A program made the translations under genes and the position numbers. A DNA stretch of 64,000 nucleotides from Scenedesmus sp. PABB004 (lineage: Eukaryota), in contig CM026547.1 in NCBI GenBank assembly GCA_014905635.1, forward strand, positions 1,302,001 through 1,366,000, read 5' to 3'. Position 1 is the first letter of the stretch, and each line of letters begins with the position of its first letter. Shown here one piece after another: positions 1 to 20,820 of this stretch. Under the pieces are notes generated by a model that searched no databases, was not told where the DNA came from, and was given only the letters and a program-made list of their open reading frames with translations.

Positions 1-17
1 GCCCCGCCGCGCGGCAG

Positions 18-328
18 GCGGCGCCGCGGCGCTGCGGGCGGCTGCCGCGCTGGGCCGCCGCGTCGCGGCGGTCGTCGTGCGCGGCGGGCGGCCCGACCTC
101 GCCGGCGACGCGCTGCCCGCGGTGGCCGCGCCGACGCTGCTGGTCGTGGGCGGCGAGGACGCGCGCGTGCTGGACCTCAACCGCGCGGCGCTGGAGCGGC
201 TCACCAGCGCGGCCGCTCGCGAGCTGCGCGTCGTGCCCGGGGCGGGGCACCTGTTCGAGGGGCCCGGCGAGCTCCAGGCGGTCGCGGCCGCGGCGGCCGA
301 CTGGTTCGGCGCGCACATGCCGCGCTGA
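18..328 (+). CDS. Dienelactone hydrolase-like alpha/beta hydrolase, last exon (5' part lies outside the window)
   Basis: After a GCAG acceptor (pos 14-17): GAAALRAAAALGRRVAAVVVRGGRPDLAGDALPAVAAPTLLVVGGED...VVPGAGHLFEGPGEL. The RGGRPDL / TLLxVGGxD / PGAxHLFE motifs are typical of this family; TGA at 326-328. Confidence 0.8.
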
Positions 329-359
329 GGGCGTGCGAGCGGTGTGGTTTTGTGCCAGG

Positions 360-480
360 GAGTTGAGCGTTGACGCGGTGCGCACCGCGTGAGGTGATGT
401 GCAGAGAGTTGAGTGCTGGCGGTGCGCACCGCGTGAGGTGGTGTGCAGAGGGTTGAATGTGGCGGTGCGCACTGCGTTGC
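360..480. repeat. Three imperfect ~44-bp tandem units, each with a GCGGTGCGCACCGC-type palindrome
   Basis: G(A/G)GTTGA...GCGGTGCGCAC(C/T)GCGT repeated three times; perfect 18-bp palindrome ACGCGGTGCGCACCGCGT at 373-390. Confidence 0.8.
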
Positions 481-797
481 CGGCGGTTGCCGTGGCGGTT
501 GTGCGTTGACGCCGCGAGCTGAAACCTTGGCGTCTGGGCCGCGGTCGCCGCTCACCAGCCGGCTCGTGCCTGCTGCAGACCACGCTCTCTCTCACCAGAC
601 CCCGCGCCCCCTGCTCTGCAGCTCGCACCGCCGACAGCGCCGACAGCAGCACCGACCGCCCGCCGCCTCACCGCGCCTCCGCCGCACGCCAGCCGCTGCT
701 GCGAGCGAGTCGGGCGGCTGGGTCCGGTACTGTCAGTCGCTGCAGCTCACCTCAGCGCGGGGGGCGGAGGCGGCAGCGCACCAAGCCCGGGGGCGGC

Positions 798-1830
798 ATG
801 TCTGCGCCGGCGGCCCCCGCGGCCCCAGCAGTGGGCATCGGGTCCGCCCCGCCCGCGCCCAAGCACCCCATCGCCTTCATCTTCCACTTCGCCTTCAAGG
901 TGCGCTCCCGCAGCAGCGACAGCGACGGTGCCGCGCATGCGCCGCGGCGGCGCTGCTGTTGGCGCGCCGCGGCCAAGCGCGCGGCCCCGCGCTCCCAGGT
1001 CGCCGCGATGGTGTTTTACATCCTCTGCGAGAGCTTCAACAAGAACAAGTTCGTGCTAAACTTTGTGGTGTGCATAGTGCTGCTCGCGATGGACTTTTGG
1101 ACGGTGCGCAGCGCGGGGGCGGCGCAACCTCCGAGCACGCGGCGCGGCGGCGGCCGCGGCAGCGGCAGCCTCCCACCGCCGCCGCGGCCCCGGCGCGCAG
1201 GTCAAAAACGTGACGGGGCGGCTGCTGGTCGGCCTGCGCTGGTGGAACGAGGGCAACAGCGAGACGGGCAACGCGTGGCGGTTCGAGAGCCTAGCAGAGG
1301 CGCGGCGCGGCGCGGCGGCAGGCCAGGCGGCGCGCGGCAGCGCGGCAGCGCGGCAGCGCCAGAGACGGCGGCTGCGGCGCCCGCCCCCGCTGCGGCGCGC
1401 AGGGTCAGCGCGTGATCAACCCGTACGAGGCGCGCTGGTTCTGGATCGTGCTGGTCGCCAACCCCGCGGTCTGGGCGCTCCTCTGCCTCTCCGCGCTGCT
1501 GGGCCTCGACTGGGGTGCGCGCCGCCGCGCCCGCCGCTGGCCGCCCGCCGTGCCGCTGGCCGCCCGCCGGCAGCAGCAGCGTGGCCGCCCCTCCCCCCGC
1601 GGCGCGCGCGCTGACCTGCGCCGCGCGCGCCGCCCGCCGCCGCCGCGCCGGCAGGCTACCTGCTGATTCCCATCACGGGCGTCGTGCTGGGCGGCAGCAA
1701 CCTGGCGGGCTACTTCAAGTGCAGCAAGGACGCAAAGCGCCAGCTGCAGAGCATGACCGCGAGCATGGCGACGAGCGCGATGACCAGCGCCGTCACGGGG
1801 CGCCTGCAGGCCGCGATCGCGCGCGTGTGA
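798..1830 (+). CDS. TVP23: Golgi membrane protein TVP23/ECHIDNA family (5 exons)
   Basis: Exons ~798-899, 999-1103, 1201-1299, 1403-1514, 1655-1830 give KHPIAFIFHFAFK...[25 protein letters not shown]...WRFES...FW...GSNLAGYFKC. Intron 3 has a GC donor at 1300. Confidence 0.93.
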
Positions 1831-1844
1831 CCACCACGCCCGGC

Positions 1845-1849
1845 TGTAA
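1845..1849 (+). terminator. Chlorophyte poly(A) signal TGTAA for TVP23
   Basis: TGTAA 15 nt after the stop codon. Confidence 0.65.
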
Positions 1850-2094
1850 CGGCGGCGGGCGCGAGCCGAGCCGGCGCGGCGCGGCGCAGTTACCCGCGCG
1901 CGTGGAGGGAGGGAATCAATGACGACGCGACCAAAACTGCGGCAGCAGCAGATGCACCCCGCACACACACATGCGCGCCCCCCGTGCGCGGCTCAAAAGG
2001 AGCTCACGCTATATCGTACACGTGCCAGCGGCGGCGCCAGCCGCCGCGCAGGCGCCGAGGGGCGCCGCCCCGCCCCGCCCCGCCCCCGCCGCGC

Positions 2095-3168
2095 TCACGA
2101 CGAGGCCGGCCCGCCCGCGTGCTGCTGCTGCTCCTGCTGCTGCGCAAACTTGACGAGCGCGTAGTGGTCGTCCGCGGAGGGCCGCACGGTGAGGCTGAAC
2201 GTCTCGTGCTTGCCGCCGCGCTGCACCGCGACGAGCAGGTCGGTGTGCGCGCTGCCGTCGTTCGCGGGCGTCGCGGCGAGCACGTCGACGAGGGCGTAGG
2301 GGAACAGCGAGTTGGAGCGCTGGTTGAGCTGCGCGACGCCCTGCTGCGCCGCCTTGGTCCAGCGCTCGTTGGCCTACTGTCGCGGGCGCGGCGGCGGCGG
2401 TGGTCAGCGCTGCTGCGCCCGCGCGCAACGCGCGCAGCACGGCGCCCCGGCGCGGCGCTCTCACCTCGGCCACGGGGCCCACGAGCTTGAAGTTGGTCAG
2501 CTCCATGGGCAGGTCGTTGGCCTTGACGTTGCACGGCAGCTTCTCCCAAACCGTCACCTCCACGGTCTTGGGCCCCGCGTCGTCGGACGCCTCGATCACC
2601 AGGATGTGGTTCGTGCCCGACACCACCTGGCGCGCGCGCGCGCGCGAGCGGCGGTGGCGGCGCGGCGGCGGCGCCGCGTCGCTGACAGCAGCGTCGCCGC
2701 TGCTGCGCCCCCGCGCTCGCGGCCCCGCGCCGCGCCCGCCGCGGCCCGCCGGCGCGCCGCCCTCCGCCAGGCGAGGCCCCGGGCGCTCGGCCGCCCCGGG
2801 GCGGGCCGGGACGGCCGCGGGGCGGCGCGGGGGGAGAGAGCGAGGGCCGGGATGCCACGGCGCCTGCCCCGGCCGTTGCCGCGGACCGCCCGCGCGCCCG
2901 CGTGGCCACGCGGCCGCTCCCCGCGGCAGCGCGCCCGGCTGCGCACCTGGGTGCGCGCGGAGACGACCTTGCCGAAGCGCAGCGCGCCGGCCTTGGGAAA
3001 GTTGGCCTTGGCGTTGAGCTGCTCCACCGCAAACTCGCCTACCTCGTTGGTGCGCGCCGTGATCGGCGCCTTGGCGGGACCGCCCAGCATCGTGCCGCCG
3101 CCGCTCACGAGCAGAGCGCAGAGGGCGCCCGCGAGCGCGAGCAGGGCCAGGGACTGCGCGGCGCGCAT
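2095..3168 (-). CDS. Secreted cystatin with C-terminal extension (two-domain phytocystatin type)
   Basis: Signal peptide MRAAQSLALLALAGALCALL; MLGG; VGEFAVEQLN (LARFAV-like helix); Q|VVSG (QxVxG split by an intron); VWEK; third exon carries QRSNSLFPY. Exons 3168-2947, 2626-2465, 2373-2095. Confidence 0.88.
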
Positions 3169-3537
3169 CGAGGGACGGGTGGGCGGTGGGCGTGGGCTGG
3201 GGCCGCACCGAGGGGGTCTGGCGGCAGCACCAGCGCGCCGTGCGCGCCACCTGGCGCTACTGACACTGTTCATTGCCCGTCCTCCGCGCTCCTCTGCCCT
3301 CGCCCCGCCCCCGCTCTCCCACACGCCACCCCAGTCCGCCCGCCCTCCCGCCGCGCCCGCGCACCAGCCCATCCAGCCGCCCCTCGCCGCACGCGCGCTC
3401 CGCCGCTGCCGCCGCTGCTGCCGCCGCTGCTGCCGCCGCCGCCGCCGCCACTGCACGCCGCCGGTCTCTTCTCCTGCCTGCGTGCCGGACGCCCGCCCGC
3501 AGCGGAGGGGGAGCCGGCAGCAGAGCGCGCGCGCGGC

Positions 3538-3999
3538 ATGGTGCTGTTCAGCGCCGCCGCGGGCGTGGTCTTCAAGGCGACGGGCGGGCGCATCTGGAAC
3601 AAGCGCTGGGGCCTCCCGCGCCTCTCGCGCAGCCGCAAGGAGAACCGCAAGACCGACGTGGCGCTGTACAACCGCAACATGGAGGTCCTCAAGGCCGCCG
3701 CCGCGGCGCAGCCCGACCCGCCCGTGCGGCTCACCAAGCCGCTGCCGGCGTGGCAGGCGGGCCTCATGGCGCGGCGGCTCGCGGCGGCGCAGCGGCTGCT
3801 CAACGCGCGGGGGCCGCTGCTGCCCGCGGCCGCGGCGGAGGCGGTGATGCAGCAGATGCTGCGCCCGCCGCGCGGCGGCGGCGACGGCGAGCCGGCGGAG
3901 CTGCTCGAGCTGCAGTCGCCCCCGGGCCCGCCGCGCGACCCGCAGTCGCAGCAGCACCACCTCTCGCGCCGCGTGCCCGCGCCGCGGCGGACGCAGTGA
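3538..3999 (+). CDS. Small basic protein, possibly mitochondrial ribosomal protein mL60-like; intronless
   Basis: MVLFSAAAGVVFKATGGRIWNKRWGLPRLSRSRKENRK...; the GG-x-x-W...W..RL...K..R pattern recalls mL60/MrpL31. Coding-like codon usage; GGTAA follows at 4043. Confidence 0.5.
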   Translation: MVLFSAAAGVVFKATGGRIWNKRWGLPRLSRSRKENRKTDVALYNRNMEVLKAAAAAQPDPPVRLTKPLPAWQAGLMARRLAAAQRLLNARGPLLPAAAAEAVMQQMLRPPRGGGDGEPAELLELQSPPGPPRDPQSQQHHLSRRVPAPRRTQ

Positions 4000-4137
4000 G
4001 CGCGGCGATCCGGACGGCGGCCGCTGCGAGCGCGGCCGCCGGGGTAACGGGTGCACCGGCCGAGCCGCGCGCGGGGGGTCGCCGGTTGCCGCCGCGCACC
4101 GCTGGACACTGGGCACCGCCGCGTGCGCCACCACGCA

Positions 4138-6028
4138 CTACCACGCGCCGCCGCGCTCCCAGTCGTAGCAGTCGCCCCGCGGGCGCCGGCCGGCCGCGCG
4201 CGCGGCGTCGATCGCCGCCAGGTCGTCCGCGTCGAGCTCAAACGTGAACAGGCGCCGGTGGTCGCCGACATGGCTGGCGTTGCGCGCGCCGACGATGACG
4301 GCGGGCACGCCGGGGCGCTGCAGCACCCACCGCGCCGCGACGTTGGCGATCGACGTGCCGTGCTTGTCCGCGGCACCGCGCAGCGCGCGCAGCAGCCCCT
4401 GCAGCCACTCCCAGCCGCCGACCTGGCCCAGCACGGCGGCGTACTTGCCCTTGGAGTAGGTGTTGACGTCGGCCGTCGCCGCACCGAGGTAGCGGTCCGA
4501 CAGCAGGCCGCCCGCGACGACGCCGTACGGCAGCAGGCTCAGCCCGCGCGCGGCGCAGAGCGCGGCCATGCCGTTCTCCGGCCGCGCGTCCAGCAGGCTG
4601 TACTGCACCTGCGACCGCGGCGGGCGGCGGGCGGCGGGCGGCGGGCGGCGGCGGGCGGCGGCGGCCGCGTGGGCCCCCCGCGGCGCTGCTGGCCGCGAGC
4701 GAGCGCGGGGCACGCGTGCGGCCGCCGGCTGCCTGCCGCGCGGGCGGCGGGCAGCGCGCCTGGTTGCTGGCGAGGCGCGCGCCCGCGTCGAGCATGCGCT
4801 CGAGGCGGGGCACGTCAAAGTTGGTCACGCCGACCGCACCGATCACGCCCGCGGCCGCGAGGTCGGTCAGGTGGAGCGCGGCGTCGACGTACCTGCGGCG
4901 CGGCGCGTGCGGCGCGTGGGCTGGCGCGCGCGCGCCACGGCGGCGCCGCGGCGGCCCGCATGGGCTGGCCAGCCGGCCGGCCACCCCGGTCGCGCCTGGG
5001 CTGGCTGTAGTCTCCCCAATACAGCTGCAGGAGGTCGATCCGGTCGACGCCGAGGCGCTTGCGGCTGCGCTCCACCGCCGCGCGCACCGCCGCGCCGTCG
5101 AGGGCCGCCATCTCGGCGCGGCTGAAGACGCAGTACTTGGTCGCGACCTGCGCATGACCGCGCGTGGCGCGTGGCGCGGCGCGGCGCGTGGCGCGCAGGG
5201 CGCGGCGCGTGGCGCGCGGGGCGAGGCGCGGACGGCGGCGAGGCAGGGCCGCGGCGGCGCGGCGGCGCCCGGGGCGCGCCTGCACGCGCGGCCGCGCGTC
5301 CGGGTGCTCCGCCAGCCAGCGCCCGATCAGCAGCTCCGCGGGGCCGTAGTGGTCTGCGCGGGCGCGGGCGGGCGGGCGGCCAGGGTCAGGCTGGGCGGCG
5401 GCCGCGCGGGCGGGCCCGCGGCGGCGCAGCCGCGCGGCGGGGCGGCGCACAGCGCGCGGCGCGCGCGCCTGCGGCGTCCCAGGTGGTGATGCCGGCCTGG
5501 TCAAATGCAGTGAAGTCATCGACCGCCGCCTTGCCGCCCGTGCGGTCCGTGTCGCGCTGCGGCGGCGGGCGTGGCAGCGTGCGGCGGCGGCACATATCGC
5601 AGACGGGCCTGCCGGGTAACGCGCGGGCGCCCCCCAGCAGCGCGCACCTCCCCCCGGTGGCCTCCCGAGAGCTGCCAGCAACCCTTGATGACGCGGCTGA
5701 CGCGGAGGTCGGGCGCGGCGGGCGAGAGCGGGATGCTCGGCACCAGCGGCAGCGTCGCCTCCGCCGCCGCCGCCGCCGCTACCGCCGGCGGCACGCCAGG
5801 GCGCCACGCTGCCGCTGCGCTCGCCGCCGCCGCCGCCGCTGCGAGCTGCCGGCGGCCGAGCCGCAGCGCGGCGGCGGGCCCGCCGCTGCTGCCGCTGCCG
5901 CTGCCGCCGTCGCCGCCGCCGCTGATGCTGCCGCTGCTGCTGTGGGCGCGAACGATCAATGCATGTCGGCGCTCGACAATGGGGGCCCGGCACGCCGCGC
6001 CAGGCTGCACGCGCACGCCGAGCGCCAT
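4138..6028 (-). CDS. Aldo/keto reductase, probably plastid-targeted (6 exons)
   Basis: SRVIKGCWQLSGGH, GITTWDAADHYGPAELLIG, VATKY, RLGVDRIDLLQLYWGDY, AVGVTNFD, SNQVQYSLLDARP, YGVVAGGLLSDRY, VIVGARN. Four of its five introns have GC donors. Confidence 0.93.
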
Positions 6029-6396
6029 CGCTGCGGGCCGCTGCGCCGGCACGCTCCGGAGCAGGATCCTGCGGCGGTGCGGTCGATCGTCCACTGCGAA
6101 ACACGAGCTGGCCAACTCTAGGAGAGCGACGCAGGGGCAGGGCGTGGCCGCCGCCACGCCCCGCGCGCCCGAGCCCTCCGTGTGGTTCAGAGCGTCGGCT
6201 CCGCGCGCCCGGCCGCGCCGCCGGCAGCGCGGTTACCCAGCACCGGCCCCACGCGAGCCAGCCGCCGCCAGCGCGTGCCGCACGCCCGCCCCGTGCGCGT
6301 GCGCGCGCGCCGGCCGCCCCCGCCGCCGCCGCGCCTCCCTCGGCGCCCTCCCTCGGCGCGCGCGCGCGCCGCTGACGCTCTCTCCCTCGCCCCGCC

Positions 6397-9385
<2,989 letters not shown>

Positions 9386-9842
9386 CGCGCCGCAGCGGAT
9401 GCCGGGACGCGTGCGCTGCTGCTGCCTGCGTCAGTCTCTCTCTCAAGGCCCCGCGCCGACCGCCATGACCTGCTGCGCGCCCTGGTGATGCGCCGAGCGC
9501 TGCGCGGCGGCGGGGCATCGGCGGCGGGGCTCGCGCGCGACAGCAGCGGCAGGAGCGGCGCCCGCGCCGCCGCCCCGCGCGCCCCCGAGCGCGCCGCCCG
9601 CCACCACACCTGCGCACGGTGGAGGTGCTTGAGCGTCCCCGTGATCTCGGGGCGGCCACTGCGGCGCCGCGCGGCGATCTGGGGGCGCTGCGCGGCAAGC
9701 GCTGGCGCGGAGTGCGGTGTGGCGAGCGAGCGCGGTGGAGTGAGCCGCGAGTGCGTGCGCTGCGTGCGGTGGTGGCGCGGCACTTGTAGCCCCGGGAGGC
9801 TGCGGCAGGACACGCGTCCGCTCGCGCGCCGCCGCGCCCTGA

Positions 9843-12812
<2,970 letters not shown>

Positions 12813-13275
12813 GGCCGCGCGACCCGGGTCTGGCGGTGCCGCCGCGCGAGCCCCCGCGGCCCCTGTACCTTCCTGCGGCCCCACGGCGCCTGTACCATAG
12901 CTCGCCGGGCCGGGGGCGGCTGCCGTCTGTTGCCTCGGTTGAGGCTGCCAAAGCGTTTAAAAGAACAGATCCTCCCGTCAGTCAGTCAGGGCCCGCACCA
13001 CCGCGCGGGAGCGCTTGCTTTTGCTTTCTTCTTCTTCGTGCGCGTCGGCCAGCTTGCAGGAGCGACAGTCAGTCCACACAGCGCAGTGCTCTCCCCCCTC
13101 CCCGCGGTCGTGGGTCGCCGCCGCCAGCGCTGCACCGCGTCCGCGTCGTCTCAGCGGCGCGGCGCCCCGTCTCCCACCTCCTCCCCCCCCCCCCCCCGCG
13201 GTTGCGCCCCCAGACAGATCTGCCCATCACCCCCCCCCCCCCCCCGCGCGTTTTGCCCCGCCCGCCGCCGTCGCG

Positions 13276-14001
13276 TCACGCGCTCAGCACGGGCACGAAC
13301 AGCCGCGGCCCCGGCTGCCGCGTGGCTGAGGCCTTGCTCGGGCCCGGCTCCTGCGGCGGCGCGTAGGACTGCAGCAGCACGACACGCACCGTGCCGCCCG
13401 CGCCGCAGCAGCCGCCCCAGCGCGCCGTGAATGCAAGGAGCCAGCCGGGCAGCGTGATGGTGTACTCCACCAGCGAGCAGGTCCCACCCGGCGGCAGCAC
13501 GTGCGTGAGCAGGAACCGCACGAGCGGCAGGTGCCCGACAGCGGCGCCGGGCGCCCCGCCTGCGCGCGCGCGCGTGCGGCGGCGCGCCAGCGTGGGCGCA
13601 AGCGTACGCGCCGCGGCGGCGCGCGCGCCCGCAGCGCGACGCGGGCGGCGCGCACGCGGCGCACCGTGGCAGCCGCTGAAGCTGCGCCAGAGCGACTCGG
13701 CGGGCTGCGCGGTGAAGGCGTGGTAGCCGCGCAGCGCCGACGAGAGCCTATGAAAGTGCTCGCCCAGGCAGACGTTGAGCTCCGCAAACGCCCGCCACCC
13801 CGCCGGCGAGAGCCCCGTCGCGGCGAGCAGCGCGTCGGCGGACGGCACCGCCGCCAGCGCGGGGTGCAGGCTGTGCATGAACGCCGCCACGTCGTCGTCG
13901 CTGAGCGCGCCGACGCCTGCGCCGCCGCGCCGCTTGCCGCCGCCGAGGACGTCCAGCGGCTGCTGCAGGAGCACCTCGCCGCCCCTTTTGCGGCAGGCCA
14001 T
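13276..14001 (-). CDS. Hypothetical protein (probably 2 exons; 3' end uncertain)
   Basis: MACRKRGGEVLLQQPLDVLGG...FAELNVCLGEHFHRLSSALRGYHAF...LVRFLLTHVL...SLVEYTITLPGW; coding-like composition and a GT..AG intron at ~13560-13665. No family recognised. Confidence 0.55.
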   Translation of the reverse strand: MACRKRGGEVLLQQPLDVLGGGKRRGGAGVGALSDDDVAAFMHSLHPALAAVPSADALLAATGLSPAGWRAFAELNVCLGEHFHRLSSALRGYHAFTAQPAESLWRSFSGCHGAPRARRPRRAAGARAAAARTLAPTLARRRTRARAGGAPGAAVGHLPLVRFLLTHVLPPGGTCSLVEYTITLPGWLLAFTARWGGCCGAGGTVRVVLLQSYAPPQEPGPSKASATRQPGPRLFVPVLSA

Positions 14002-14773
14002 GTCGGGCTGCGGGCGCGACGGAGCAGCGCGCACTGCTTTCGCCGCCGCCGCCGCCGCCGCCAGCGCTTCCGCGCGCGCTCCCCGGCATGCGCGGGCAGA
14101 TCAGAGAGCACGTGGCGCGCTCTGGCCAAGGCCGCGGCACGCGGCGGCGGCGTGGCAGCGCGCACCAAGCTGTAGATGGCGGCCTCAACAACGGCGAGCT
14201 TGTTGTGGCCGCTGCTGTCGCCGGTGGCTGGGCGCGCTGCGCGGTGGGTCGTGGGCGCGGCGATCTGCTGCCGGGCGCGAGGGCGGAGCGCAAGCAGGTG
14301 CGTCGGCGGCGGTGCGAGCGTTGTCGCGCGGGGTTTGCGCTTCAGCGGGCGTCGAGTGTGCTTGCCTGCGCCGTCCGAGCCCGCCACCACACGCGAACAA
14401 CACACTACTGCCCTGCGACCACAAACACAAACAAACCACCACGACACAGATCCGACGACCCACCACCACCACCACGAGCGCGGCGCCCCGCGCGGCCGAG
14501 CGGCCGACGCCGGCGCGCCGGCCGCGCGCAGGGGCCGAGTCCTGCCGCGCCAATCGAGACGCGATACCCGCCGCCGCCCTGCCCCTGCCCCGACCCTGCC
14601 CGTGCCCAGCCGGGCCCGACCCAGGGAGGCGGCGGCCAGCGCCGAGCCGCCGCCGCCCCGGCAAGCATGTGCCATGCTCGCAGAATGAAAGAAAACGCCT
14701 GCCTCCTACCCCCACCCCACCCTCTGCCCCCCCCCCCTCGCCCGCCCCTCGCCCGCCGGGCCGGGGCAGAGCG

Positions 14774-20085
<5,312 letters not shown>

Positions 20086-20820
20086 CAACGCTCGCGGGCG
20101 TCGGCGCCGCTGCCGCGCGCCGCGCTGCCGCTGCGCTGCTCGCCGGTGGAGTGGTCACGGCGAGCGCAGGGGCAGCGTGCAGCAGATCCTGCGGGGCGGC
20201 CGGGCAGGACGGGGCGTGAGGGGCCGGGGTGGGGGGCGAGGCAGTGCGTGGGCGATGGGCCCGGCCAGCGCGCTCCGGCTGGGGCCCAGGTGGGCCGGCA
20301 CGTAGGCTGCAGGTGGGCACGCGCCACTGCCACTTTTCCCGGTGCGGCACCGTTCATGCGTGCCCACAGCGCGCGGGGGCGTCATGGGTGATGCCCCAGC
20401 CCCCTCTCCCGCCGCAGAGCGACCACTGCCCGGGCCCGCCGGCGCGCGATGACGCAGCTGACTCTGATGCCGGCCTCTGAGGCAGGCAGGGAGCTGCCCG
20501 GGGGCCTCCGCTCGCGCGCGCTGCGCACCGCAGTGGCGACACGAGCTCCGCTCCACTCGCCGAGGCCGCGCGCGTCGCGCCCGGCTCGATCAGCGCGGCA
20601 GTGCGCGGGTGCTACACACGCGCGTGTGCCAGAGCGCGTGCGCTGGGCTGTGCGCCGCTCGAACGCCAGCGCTGCCGAGGCCTCCCTCGCGCGGGCGTGC
20701 CGGGGCCGGACGCTGGAGCGGGTGTTGCTGCCACACGAGCAGGGGGAGCGCGGCAGCGGCGGCGGCGGCGGCGGTTCCGGGCGCACGCGCGCGTGACGCC
20801 GCACGCTCGCCCACGCGCGC

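Noticed and set aside
360..480. CRISPR-like palindromic repeats
   Set aside because: The intervening sequences resemble each other (tandem repeat), there are only three units, no cas genes, and the context is eukaryotic.
2374..2376. TAG reassigned to an amino acid (alternative nuclear code)
   Set aside because: TAG is the normal terminator of AKR (4138), ICMT (42139), PPD7 (61286) and others, and no other in-frame TAG was found in conserved exons.
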